Assembly (NCBI GenBank): GCA_003971905.1
Contig: RSEE01000093.1
Span: forward strand, 186,001 to 250,000
DNA length: 64,000 nt
Source: Moniliella sp. 'wahieum'
Lineage: Eukaryota
Reading direction: 5' to 3'
The notes under the pieces are model-generated. The model was not told where the DNA came from. It saw nothing but the letters and a program-made list of their open reading frames with translations, and made no database searches. Shown here in pieces: positions 35,058 through 47,824 of this stretch. Both the position numbers and the translations under genes were made by a program. The first letter of the stretch is position 1, and each line of letters starts with the position of its first letter.

Positions 35058-36939
35058 GACACCAATAGTTGTGAGAGAGGGGTGGGTGTTGTTGGTGGAA
35101 GAGGGGGAAGGTCGATGCTGGGGGGCAAGCTTTTTGTGTGAGTTCAAAGCTCGCTTGGATGGAGGTGCGCAATATAAAGCTGGCGAGGGCTGGGCGTTTG
35201 CTTGCGCCTATCATTGACTTGAAGCTGAAGGCAGGCAAAGGCAGCAGGAGGTGATCGTCACGCGTCACACACCACACATGCATGTGCATGAGCGCTGTCT
35301 CAGTACTGAGTAGTACGTAGTTGCGCAGTGCACCGGCGCATCAGAGCACCAGCGCCAGCCGCCAGCCCTGTACTTACAAGCCAGTCAAGTACATAGCATT
35401 GATTGGGACTTCGCGCACAGATGATCGATGATCGATGTCGATGACAAGCCTCCAGGGGGCGCTGAAGCTGAAGCGCTGAAGGTGCTGAAGCTTGACGCTC
35501 TGTAGTGCAGAAACTGTCGCAAGCCTCACTGAGGAGGCCCTGAGGCTTGAGAGCTTGAGGCCTGGGCCTGACGTCTTTCGGGTGTGGGAACATGTGAATA
35601 TTGACTATTGAATCGCCGACAAGAACCGAGCACTCGGACTGAGTACTGAGTGACTCTAGTGAGGCTAGTGGCTGCCTCATTCGGTCGCAAACACACCCCG
35701 ACGGCACACACTCAGACAGGATTTCACCGTTTAAGACATTTAACGTTTTAAGTTTTAAGACGCTACGCGTTCGTAGCTTGAAGCTTGGCTGGCGTCCTTG
35801 TGCGACGATCGGCCTAGACCTTTTCCTTTTTACCGGTCGACAGATGCTCGCACTCAGCTGCCTATCGACATCGAGTATCGGTTACTCTCCTCGCCGTTTG
35901 TTTCCACATCCGTTTATCTCCCCTAATTGATTATATTGCTCACGAAGTGTTAGGATTTGAGCGCCTCCGGCCCTCAGGCCCTCATCAGACCCAGGCATCA
36001 GGCCCTTCGGCCCAGGCCTCGGGGTCTCTGGGCCCGAGTCGGCTTGGATTTTAACGACTGTAATGCCGATCAGATCGATCATCTCTTACTGTGACCATAT
36101 CATTGGCAGAGCTTAAGGCCGTGTGGGACAAAGAAGCGCTGCACCTAAACCAACTTCCTCATCCGGCGTGTGTTGCTTGTTGGGGCCAAACTCCATTTAG
36201 GAAACACAGAAGAGCCATCACATGCACAGTAGGTCAGGACCCTCTGGCGCCCGCTATCCGTTTTTCCAAACCCAACTAGATAGCTCGCGTGTGGATACGA
36301 ATGGGCGTGGCAGATGACATGATCCGAGCGGTGAACTCGGTGAACCGGGGAACGGGGTGCCGGTGGACATCCATCCCCCCCATGAGACTCTTATTTGGTA
36401 AGTCTCTTTCCTACAACCTAACACCTTGCTGTACCACCCCCTCTTGGTGATTAGTATTATCCTCGCGTCGTCATAACTAAAGGGGGAATCAAGGTTTTTT
36501 GACTGCATCCCTGGTATTGGGCGTTCTTGTCGCATTCTGCTTGTTAAAAATCGGAAAAAACACCCGGGGTGTGTGTGATGCACATACAGCGTCTAGACCT
36601 TCGGCCTTATAGGCCTTAGGCCTTAGGAGAGTATCGGTAATATGATTACGACACCATCTCGTCCCCATCTCCACTAAGGACTGTATGGCCGGGTTCTAGC
36701 CTCCCGCAATGGACGCACCCCGCCCAACATCAAAATCCACCCCTCTTTCGGCAATACCAATGCTTCGGGCATTGTCAACAACCGCGCGCCCTAACATCAG
36801 AAGCTGCCAGTTGCTCCGCCTGCCACCGCTCTGATCCGTCGTCGTCCACGATGCACCATAACAGATACACCACATTACACTACAGCCGCCCTCATACCCG
36901 CCCCCGTCGCGTACGTATTTTTGCTATTACTTTCGCACT

Positions 36940-39910
36940 CCACGTCTCCCTCTGTGGAGAAGAACGCGCCGCCGATTCAGTCCAATCAAGCCCGGCCTTC
37001 TCCATATGCTGCACCCCAGATGCATTCGTCTTCCTCTTCTTTTCTTACTCTTCTGTCTCTCTGCCGTCAGGCACAGTAAACGTTCCAACATCAGGGATAA
37101 GGCATGTCCACGGCTGTCCAAAACTCTTTGCACTACGCAGCGCACGTGTGCGCGAGATACCATCTGCTTTCGAGAGTATTAAAAGAGTTCCCCAACAAAA
37201 GACACGTGCGTACAACGAAACATTGGTCTTCAATACTTCATGGCTTGCCAAATACGGCCATCGCTTGGCCAGTGCTCTCGGGGGAGTGTAACATGTAACG
37301 TTTGATCCTCCATAATGGCGCACCGCTTATATTACTCCGCAGCCTGGCGCCTTAGTACATCCTACCACTTACCAAAAAAGGAAACCCCGACCCCACCCAT
37401 CGAAGATCAGAATGGCTCACACAATGTGCGAAGATCTATCCGACGGGTCTCGCTAAGCCCTACCCGTCCAAAAGGCTCGCAATGCATCTACCCTGGGTCA
37501 AACCCTCGACACACCACTCCTGCGGTCCATCGTCTTGGATGAACCCGAGCAGGTTTGCCGTAACCCTAACTCTTTGAGGTTATTTAGCGCCACCCCCACA
37601 AATCCCTCATGATGCTGCGGTTTCATTTTGGGGCGAGAACAGTTATGGCCAGCGGCAACGCAATCGGCCTACACTTCCCCGGAAATGGCGATCATTCTTA
37701 TGCCCGGCATGGAGGATGATGCCGAGACCCAGGGCCTGCTTGGTGTCCCTGCGTTGCGCTTTCTGCAGAAAAAAGATGCTATAGCTAGGACATATATCGT
37801 CTGCATGCGTCAATAACAACATATACTAAAACTCTCACTCTACATACCCATCCTCTGGTCAGACTCACGCCGTGCTATAGGGGTGTGGTCATGATGCATC
37901 ATGGGGCGGGACCCCAGACGGAGCCCGACCCCAGGATTTAATGGGGGTGAAATCCCTTAGAAGTGGAATCAGAGTTACCTACTGTTGTATATGTCCGGCT
38001 TCACAGTTCCTGGTTGAGTGCTGAGCCGAGCCGGTGTAAAGGCGAAGGAGAGACCCTCTATAGTTTGGGTGGCTGTGCCTGTGTACAAATACCGCAGTCC
38101 AGACTCTCTGAGGTAGGAGCAGCGTACGTACGTCGCCAGACTAGTTAAAGGGGTCAAGGAACTCCGGGGTAACGGGGGTACCTGGGGCGTGTTACCACAC
38201 TCGACGCGCTGTATAATGGAGGCGGAGAATCAGACACGGAGTCCTAATGAAGGGCACGCGCTACCGAGAGAAGAGTAACCGCAGTTTGCAGAGTGGTCGA
38301 CGTATTAAGTCGTAACGAGCGCGCCATCCATTGACGAACGCTCTGTGAGCTTTACTTCATTCGAAGAGGCTGTTGTGGCCAGTTCGACGGTCCTACAACC
38401 GCCCGCACCGCCATTGTCGCGCTCTCACCTGAGGCCTATAGTCTCGTCAGCAAGGAGTTCACCCCCTCCGTCTGTGAGGCAAGTTCAAAAAGCAGCTGTC
38501 AGAGGACACGCCTTTTACCATTTGAGACACCAATTCCCAGGTGAAGACGAAGAGTCTCAAGTAGAGGAGGGGGAGAGAGGAAACTCCTGAAAGCAGGCGC
38601 CGCGCCTTCTCACTTTCATTCAAAGACACTATCATTTTAAGGAAAGTTACTTTCTGGTGCTGCTGCCAATGATGATGTGTTGGATATGGCAGAGTTTGGA
38701 ATGCCTGTTGCGCCCTCCCTTTCCGAGCAGGAGAGTCCATCGAACCTTTGCAGCGGTACACAGAGAGAAAATGCGGCAGCAGAGCGCACCCGGTGACGCA
38801 GGGAAGCAACCGAATACTGCCGAACCCTGAACCCGTGTTAGCCCGGGGGGTCTTCCTCCGCCACATGTAACCGCGACCCATCATCCCCTGTCATATAGTT
38901 TGGCGGATCTCGCACCCATTTCCAATTTCTTCGTCCCGAGCGTCTCGATCTTTCCCTGTTTCTTCCACTTCGCACCATGCCCTCTGTTATTGCTTTCTCC
39001 ACGAACGATTGACTCTGTCTCCTCCCCTTAGCCCTAACCATGACACTCCCCGCCCCCTCGAACGCCTATTACTGACAACTAGCCCATCATCTTCATCAAT
39101 GGGCCAGCGGGAATGGGCAAGTCGTTTCAACATAATACTCCTTTTTCCCACATCAGGGGTACACTGGGCCTCAGTGCCACCGCGGTTGCTTCTTCCGGCA
39201 TCGCTTCCCTCTTACTCTCGACGGCGGTGCCCCCCACTACCCGCTCTAGTATATACCTTTAAAATCCCCATCAATTGCCTCAGCACCAGCTCTTCCTTTT
39301 TGTCAAACACGACAGAAACGTTTCGTGCCCTCCATCACACCTCCTTCTCAACGGTTATAAGCCGGCAGATGTCCAGGACAACAATGCTGCTGTTCCCCTC
39401 GAGTTTCTTAATAGGCTCACCCCTGCAGGTTTTCCTCTTCACAAGCTACCCTTAAAGTTATTGGTATGTCGGCTACGCTCCTCCGGAACCTCAATGAGGC
39501 CGCAGGTTTGATCAATGGCACCCATCTCTCATGGCCATATGGCCCGGTTATATTCCATCGGGGCCGTCATCCTCAATGCGGGCAAAAGACCCCAGACAGC
39601 ACACCTTTTCCCCATTATCCCCCTCCGCATCTCTTTAACAAAAGCGACATTCGCTTTAGCCGCAGGCAGTTTCCGATTACCCCAGCCTTTTCCATGACCA
39701 TCAACAAGCCCCAGAGTCAGACCCTGCGCCATATACGTGTTGACGCCTCCTTACCCCTACTTTGCACACATGGCCAGCTTTTTTATGTCGCTCTTTTTGT
39801 CTAGCATCTCTCTTTCCGCCACAGGCTCAAAGATCTCCTCCCGCGTTCCAGGACCACTTGCAACACTACCGATCGCCAGGTCTTCGAATACGGCGGCGAG
39901 GTGGGGTGCC
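36940..39910 (+). mobile_element. Degenerate Helitron (Rep/PIF1-helicase) relic with internal deletions and insertions
   Basis: N-terminal 'EERAADSVQSSPAFSICC..GTVNVP' and 'TRAYNETLVF'; Walker A 'IFINGPAGMGKSF' (~39090); 'VPLEFLNRLTPAGFPLHKL', 'LLRNLNEAAGLINGTHL', 'RRQFPITPAFSMTINKPQSQTL', 'HGQLFYVAL'. Confidence 0.85.
38889..39045 (+). mobile_element. Solo LTR-like element, copy 1, nested in the Helitron relic
   Basis: TGTCA...TGACA termini. Shares cccatttccaatttcttcgtc, ttccctgtttcttccacttcgcaccatg and ccacgaacgatt with the copy at 47635-47824. Confidence 0.7.
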
Positions 39911-41529
39911 TGTTGAAGGGGCCGCGACAATACTATTACTGCTGCTCCGAGGATGAACAATGGCGATGGCCTGTTTGTTGGGGAAGACAATGTGGGCGAC
40001 CAGGACCCCAGCTGGTCATTCATGTGCAGGTCATTGGTTACCATTGCGAGACTTGGAGGACGTGATGCTCTCGGAACAGTCCCCGATGAACCTCCTGCCG
40101 ACATCCGAAGACGATATGTACATTGTCCATGAGATGCTCCTGCACGAGAAGGCCCAGGACGACGAGATTGATCTGGATGAGCTGCGAGGAGATGCCCTCT
40201 TATATTACAACGAGAGGATCATCGGGCCTACGGCCCCGTCTGCGTACCATCGATGCTTTACCTTGCGCCGGAGGGTCTGTGCTGGGGCTTGGCCCCAGCC
40301 TTCCCTCGTGTTGGTGGTGACTGTCCACGACAATGTTTTTCCCTTGGCCACAGTTCCACATGCCCCTTTCCCCCTTGGTCCACCGTTTCATAGGCATCTT
40401 TTCCTGCTCGTCCACGCTGTCCACCGTTCCATTGTCAACAGAGGCTTCCGCTCCAGCATGCAATCTCGGTTAACGTTCCATCATATTTTCAGTGTGGCGT
40501 AGCACACCGTTCCGTTGTCAGTAGCAGGAAAGTAAGGGAGTCGGAAGCAGGACAGAGTGGCTGTGGCGTGTCACCCACAGAATCGGGTTGGCGAAAGCCT
40601 GTACAGGCTCAATCCTTTTGAGATATCAGAAATGGAGAGCGAGGGGGGGTTTCCCATGGAAGTGAGGCGCCTGCTCTTGGCTGCTGCTTCGTCAGGGAGC
40701 CCCGCCTGACGCTCTCTCTTTGGGCAGGAGGGCCATCGTAGAGCAACCGTTCCGTCGTCACCACCTTTTCCACCGTTCCATGGGCCAGCGTTGACTGGGA
40801 ACCGTAGCCGCCTCACAGGAACCGTTACGTCGCCACTACCTTGGACACCGTTCCATTGTCCACCTTTGATTGATAAAGGCAGCCAGCGTTGCATCGGCTA
40901 TTGGCCCTTCTGGCCACCGTAGCCACAATAGATTGACCGTCCCACCGTCCGCATTTATGTATGATGCTGAGGTGGGTGGCTGGGCCGCACATGCTAATAG
41001 GTTAGAACTTGATAACGCCGTCTGTGGTTTATTATATAGGGGGATGAACCAGTCTTAGCTCCATACCATGAATGCCCACGCATATAATGCAGAGCAACCT
41101 TCAACCACACCAAAACAAAGACCCTCTTGTTCATATCCATAACCCAGCATTAAAACGTTTGTCATTCCCTTCTCGCGGACAAGATCGTCAACGTTCATGT
41201 CTCCCTCGCTACTGGCATATTGCACACTGATGATCAGTATAACGCTTCAGCGCCGGACGCACCCAACACACCGACCGACGAGCGACTGAGTTTGTTGGGT
41301 GCATGCCATCGCACTTCTTGAACTGCTAAGGCTGTATTGCTTGCAACGGACAACATGCAACACATCGCTGGCTCCACCAACTGTGGGTGTGGCCCCCAAG
41401 GAGCGGGAATGCCCGACTTGCTTGCATCTGCAATTGTGCATTGATAGAATTGACGTGAATTGCTTGACTTGAATCGGTGCATTACGTACGCATCCTTCCT
41501 GCCCATTTACCCCGCCCCGCACCACCAGG

Positions 41530-42875
41530 CCGAGGGCTCAGGTTGAGCCCCACCGGCAGGCTCACGCCCCCGCCTGCTCGAGCCAGCGGGCGCGGTGCAG
41601 CACATCGGGCGCCTCGATCCCCGCCCGACTCTGCACCACCTTGAGCTCGCGCCGGCGGAAGCGCTCCACCTCCAGCTGCGCCTCCCACCCCGACCCTCCA
41701 TGTGCGTGCCCTGCCAGCGGCTGCGGCGTCACTCGCGCGTCCCCGTGCGCCTGCGCCGCCTGCCACGCTGCCTCGGTCGGCAGCGGCGGCAGGCGCGCAA
41801 TGTAGGCCTGGTGGCGAGATGGATTGCAGGCTGGCGATCGCCAGCTCCACTGCCCGACTCAACGGCGTCGGCGCCGAGTGCAGCTGGTCCAGCAGCACCG
41901 ACCGGGACAGCGGCGTGTCTTCCCGCGCACCACCCATTGGCGTACCGGGCGTGGCGGGCGTCCCGGGTGTGCCGGGCACCGAACCGGCAGGCGAGGGCAA
42001 GGCCGAATTGGACACAAACTGGGCTTCTTCGGGCCGCTTGTACCGTCCGAGCACAAGCAGCAAAAGATCGCCCACACCGGAAAGTAACCCTCCACCTCGG
42101 GAAATTGGATGCACCAAGGCCTCAGCCGACTGGCGGGGGTCGTGGGACGAACCAATCAGCGTCATCAGCTTACGGCCGTCCCCACTCGTGTTGGACATAC
42201 CCAGGCGGTTCATATCTGTCTCAGGCAGCTCCACCGAGGTGACCAGCACGTGCGGCACAAGGTACGTCGTGTGCAGCGTTTCCAGCGCTTCGTACAAGGT
42301 TGCCAATGATGTGATTTTCGTGCCCGACAAAGCCCGGGGGTTGCGATAAGTTCCATTAGCCTGAAGCGCACATCCACTCGACCAAGGGGGCGGATGGAGG
42401 GGGGGGGGAGGACATACTGCGCTTCAAATTGGTTGGGTGTGATCATGCTGGCGAGGGGAAGCATATCGCGATAAATAGGCAGCACATCGGGTCGACGTAC
42501 ATGCCGCGATCCATGTCCCCCATCACGGGGTCCAGGACATAGAGCAAGTCAGGATTGATCTGGCGCAAGCGGCGGACTAACTGCTCCACTGTCGCAGCGC
42601 CTTGGGTCCAGGACAGTAGCCCGTCAAGACACGCGCATAGCGCAGCAGACCATTCTCCCAGTCCGGCAAACAAGTCGGACAGGTGGGCCGCATCGAGCAC
42701 CGAACCGCCCCAACGGCAAACCCGGGTGGTTGCTGAACTGGACCGTGTTCACCACATCCACCTCCCAACCCAGCAGCTGGAGAGGAAAGGTGGCCGATCG
42801 GTTGCCTACGTACCCGCACACCACATGGCTCTGGATCGAGAGCACACGCGTCGGCTCCGGTACGTTGGCGGCCAT
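41530..42875 (-). CDS. BUD16: Pyridoxal kinase (Bud16/PdxK family)
   Basis: '[41 protein letters not shown]', 'YVLDPVMGD', 'ITPNQFEA', 'SGVGDL'. Intron near 42415-42333; frameshifts; 3' end approximate. Confidence 0.9.
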
Positions 42876-43029
42876 AGCGATGGTGGGGGTGGGGGTGCCG
42901 GACAAGCGGCTTTCCGCGTTCTATGCCGACGGGCAAAACGTGGGGATCCCAACTTCTGACTCGAGGCCCGGCGGCACGGGTTCCTTATTAAATGGCCATT
43001 CCTAATTCCGCCTTGGGCCGGATACGGTG

Positions 43030-43150
43030 TCAAGCTTCAAGCTGCAAGTACTCCGCTATTTGCTCAGCACGCGTGCTGGACTGAGTACTGAACGTTCAAC
43101 TTGAACACGCTCTTGTGACGCGTGACGCGTGAACGTTGAACGAACGTGAC
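43030..43150. repeat. Mixed-core 7-bp palindrome microrepeats in the BUD16/NAPE-PLD divergent promoter
   Basis: tca-agct-tca (43030), tga-gtac-tga-acgt-tca (43082), tga-cgcg-tga-cgcg-tga-acgt-tga (43116). Confidence 0.85.
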
Positions 43151-43246
43151 GTCGAACGGCAATGCGCCTGGGAAAGATGAACGGCTGAGCAAGCATTCAC
43201 GAGCGTCCTCGCTCGCCCCCACCGCCACCACCCACCACCACCACCA

Positions 43247-44974
43247 ATGCCAGGGGACACCGCGGACGCACGCCCAAAGTGGTTACTGCATCAGTTAGTG
43301 CAGTCGTACGACGAACCGCCACCGCACCACGTCACCCGCTCTGCCACCTCGTGTCTGCCCTCGCTCGCCGGCCTGTCGAACTGCATCATCGGCATGCCCG
43401 ACGCGGGCACCTCCCGCTACCCGCCCGATGCGCCCTTTGTCCGCACCGGTTTCCGGAACCCATGGCCCAGCTGGCACAAACCGACACCCTTCCAAGTTTG
43501 GAACGGGCTAGAATGGGGACCGTCGGGTCCTCCTGCCGCCCCTCCGCCTCCCAGCTCGCCCAACTCGGGTGATTCATCGGACCCGCCTTCTCCCCCTTCC
43601 CCAGCTGCAGAGACGGAGGCTGACCAGGAGTTGGACGTGGCTACGGTGCCTCTGGCAGACTGGCCTGTCACTCTTCCCCGCAACAAGGTACGAGCGACTT
43701 GGATCGGGCATGCCAGCACGCTCGTGGAGTTCCCGCTGTACCACGGCGATGTGATCCGGGTCCTGTTTGATCCCATCTTTTCCGATCGGTACGTTTACGC
43801 CTTTCTATTCCGTTTGACCATGGACCCACCCTACCAACACCGCTTTGTTCTCCAGGTGCTCTCCGACGCAATCGTTTGGTCCGCTGCGCTCCTTGCCGAC
43901 ACCAATTGAGATTGAGAGTTTGCCACCGATTCATTTTGTCCTCATCTCGCACTCGCACTACGACCACCTCGACTGGTCCTCCATCAAGCGCCTCGCTCAA
44001 CGTAACCCGTCTCTCGTGGTGGTCGTCCCGCTCGGCCTCGAGTGCTGGTTCTACGCCACGGACCAACCGCCGATCCCAGAAGGCAACGTGTACGAGTGCG
44101 ACTGGTGGGACAAGGTGATAGTTAGCATCCCCACGCTCCCTGCCACGCAACTCACATTTACCTGCACCCCGGCCCAGCACGGCTCGGGCCGAATGGGGTT
44201 GGATGCCAGCACGAGCCTCGGGCCAGCTGGTACGTCACCTACCGCCGCATGCCTACCCCCACCCGCCACGGAGCTGTGTTTCGTACCTTTTTCGGTGGTG
44301 ATACGGGCTTCCAATTCCACGATCCCGCCCCTGCCGCGCCCGAAACTTCGCCCACGACGACCGAAGCAGAAAGAGAGGACGAAGCCTTGCCCTTGCTCGA
44401 TAAGGAGCCCTACCCGATCTGCCCGGCTTTCGACGAAATTGCCTCACGCCTCGGCGCGCCCGACCTGAGCTTACTGCCGATCAGCGTGGGTGCAACCTTA
44501 AGTTTCCTCAAGGGATTTGACCCGTTCCCTGTTGGCTACTCGCCCATCCCCTGCGGATTGAACGAGGGTCTGACAGCGGCGAACCACATGACGCCAAGGG
44601 ATGCCGTGCGCTGTTTCCGTCTGATGGATCGCGCCGGGTCCTGGTCGGACGAAGGCAGGCATATCCGAGCGCGCGCTCGAATTCCAGTTCCTAAACCAGC
44701 GCCCGTGGCGGTCGCGATTCATTGGGGTACGTTTGTCGGTGCGGAGGACGAGGCGAGAGGATCGGTACGACAGCTTCGTGAGGCGTGTGGTGAGTTGGGG
44801 GTCGAATTTACTCGCTCCTATCGCCCTACCGACCGTTCGGCCTTTGTCGCGCTCAACCCTGGCGAGTCGGTGCTTCTCCCCTTGCGACCCTGGTCCCGGG
44901 ACTATGAGGACGACAGCGACAGCGACACAGACCACGACGTTGCGCACGTTGATCCTCCCGATGTGGACGAGTAA
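43247..44974 (+). CDS. NAPE-specific phospholipase D-like metallo-beta-lactamase (Fmp30-like)
   Basis: 'FRNPWPSW', 'ATWIGHAS', 'LFDPIFSDR|CSP' across intron ~43789-43856, 'ISHSHYDHLD', 'CTPAQHGSGR', 'FFGGDTG', 'HMTPRDA', 'IHWGTF'. Confidence 0.9.
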
Positions 44975-47634
44975 ATGCGTGGATGAGTCGGAGTGTTGGG
45001 CCGAAGGCTGTCCAGGCCTTTGCCCTTGCCCCAACCCTTCTCTTTTCATAGCACAACCCCCCCTTTGCACAGCAAAAACAACAGCTCACGTCCTCTTGAG
45101 CACTGAGTACGTGAAGATGGAGAGCGTGTCGCGTACATTGAGAGAGGAGGGATCCCCTGCCCCCTGCCGCCTCTCGACCTTTACCGCCCACGACTTCCGT
45201 CTCCTAATTCCCTCGACCTTGCAAAGCCAGGCCGAGCAAACGCCCCTGTTAATCCCATTCAGTCAAGATCTGTCGCACCTGTTGACCCGCATGACCGACG
45301 AGCTTCACAAAAGGAATCGTGGCAGCTCATGATTAAGCTAGAACGCATTTCTACGAATCGAAGCAGATATAGATAGGTACATTATAGGAGTTGAGGGGGG
45401 CGCTGCGCAACAAGTGTCCATTCGCGTGTGGGTAGCAGGCTGCGGGCGGATTCAGGGGGTATATACGGATCCGGACACGCCGGGAAGACGTCCCTGCGTC
45501 AACAAAGGCCGTATTACTAGGGAACTGTGGAATTTGGTACCCTACTGTTAATGCGAGCGGAGTATTCGTAGCTTTCCAACGCTCTTTCGAGCCAACTCGA
45601 TTCTAACCCTCTCAGAGAGCGACAACTGCTACTGCTAATGATGTAAAAGGGGAGAGCCATGCAGGGCGACTAGCACCGTCAAGAAATCGATGTATGCCAG
45701 GGTACAATACCAGAACCAGAACGGCATCGTGATAGCATCGCCCAAGTACGAAACCATTGTCACACGGAAAGGAAAGCATCATCATCCTCATCTTCATCAT
45801 CCAAAACGAAGATAAGAAAAGCTTCGCAACAGAGAAACAAAACAACGATTCACGATACTGTACAAAGGGGAATCCGTAATCCGTATAGCCGGTAACAGCG
45901 TTGTATATCGATCTTCAATGCACCTCCTCTCCCATGGGAATAATGAGGAAAACAAGAGAAGAAGAGCAACAACGGTATCTACCTACCCCGCAACCGACGG
46001 TCTCCGCGTGGGTGTGCGAGCGAGCACCTCGTAGAAGAATAGCCGTCCAGAACCGCAGAAGTCTCAGAAAGACTAGCGCTCAGCCTGGGCGGAGAGTTTA
46101 AGCGCTGAGAGCATATATGCCAGCTATTCCTCTATATACGATCCCAACCCGCGGGCCAAAAGCAATGGTGGCAACCGGATCGAATGCCAAAACCTATATA
46201 AAAGGCCAATCCCGTCCAATCATTAGTCCGTATCTATAGCCTCACATGTCACATGAACAACAAGTTGTTCCAGAAACGTTCTGGTTCGTTCTCTAATATC
46301 AGTACAATAGTCACCATGATATGCTTATAGTGTTCAACGTTCAACGTTTAACCTCCCATTGCTCGTTATTGAGTGTAATGTTTAGAATCGACATCTGCCG
46401 TTAACTGTGGTATAATATGGTAGAGTATAGTCCGTGTTCAGACGGTGAGTACTATGGATGCGCATTCGCTAGCACATTTCGGATGTCTGTCCGAAAGGCG
46501 CATCAGTGATGCTCAACTTTTTAATGTGCTAGTATACTATACGACACACCCCTTCCCGGGCCAGCACCACGCCCTGAAGAAGGGGCCAGGGGTGATGATA
46601 CTAGTATCATTGCGGGGGGACTTCTGTTGTTGACTGCCAGTATGTTGCGCCTATCGATACCGGAACTGGTACTACTGCTTTTGAGAAACCCAACAATTCA
46701 TGTTGATGACTTGTTTATGTGGAACTTCTCCGTGTTCTATAGGACACAGCGCGGAACAAAAACAGTATATTGATCTAACCTCTGGGCCTTAGGCTTAGTC
46801 CTTATTTTCAGTATATCGGGGCATTGTTGGTCATCTGTTGTTTGAGAATCTCTCCCCCCCCTCCACGGTACTCGTCCTCATCCGTCAGTATAAGAACTGC
46901 CCAAGGGAGAAGATAAAAGATCGGTGGGGAAATACTTCGCAAGCTGTCTTGCTTCTCCACGCTCTGCGGTGACACGCGGTTTCGGTTACGGGATGGGTTT
47001 TACAGTGGAGAGACGGTCGTCTATAAAGAACAGGGAGGGTCGGAGATATCTTGACTGTATATAGGTGTGCGTGACATGTGACATGAGATCCTCGAACGCA
47101 CATGATCTCTTCCGCTTGCTGTTGATTAGATAGATAGGGCACGTGCCGGTTGATGAAGTGATATTATACACAGATTGTTATGAGACGAAGAGATATCCAT
47201 AGAGATCAGTAGGAGATCACAGCAAAGGATTATTTGGGTCGTATTTCACTTTTGCTTGACGGGTGCAGGGGGGAGAAAAGAGGGCTAATTTCTCACACAG
47301 TATGCAATCAAGAAAAGATAGAATGAAGAACAGAGGCATGTGTGTGGAAACACTGAAAGAGGGGAGATATACAGAGAGCGAGGTGTAGACAACATGTGCG
47401 TGCCAACAGCGAGAAGAGTGACCAAGAGATCTGCCATTACTTTGACCCAACCCAACCGAGTGTTTCAACAACCAACAGACCGGACAAACAGATGGGATTC
47501 TGATTCGACGCACCCCCCGGTCTCTCCTATTCCATCACCGTGCTAATCGGGGTACCATATAGATTGTACAATTCCAGTGGAAACAGAGCAGAGAGTGATT
47601 CGGATCTCTCCCGTGAGTGAGAGCAAAGAAAGCC

Positions 47635-47824
47635 TGTCATAGTCAGGGCTAAGGCGAGGAAGGTCAGAGTCGAGAGACTAGGTCAAGGGATGTAGCAATC
47701 GTTCGTGGAGGGGAAGAAGCAAGAATAGAGTACATGGTGCGAAGTGGAAGAAACAGGGAAGAAGCGAAACGTACGTGCTGACGAAGAAATTGGAAATGGG
47801 AGCCAGACCAGCGAAACTATGACA
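47635..47824 (-). mobile_element. Solo LTR-like element, copy 2 (inverted)
   Basis: Perfect 9-bp terminal inverted repeat tgtcatagt...actatgaca; flanks aagcc/aaccc (4/5 match, probable TSD). Reverse complement aligns with 38889-39045. Confidence 0.75.
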
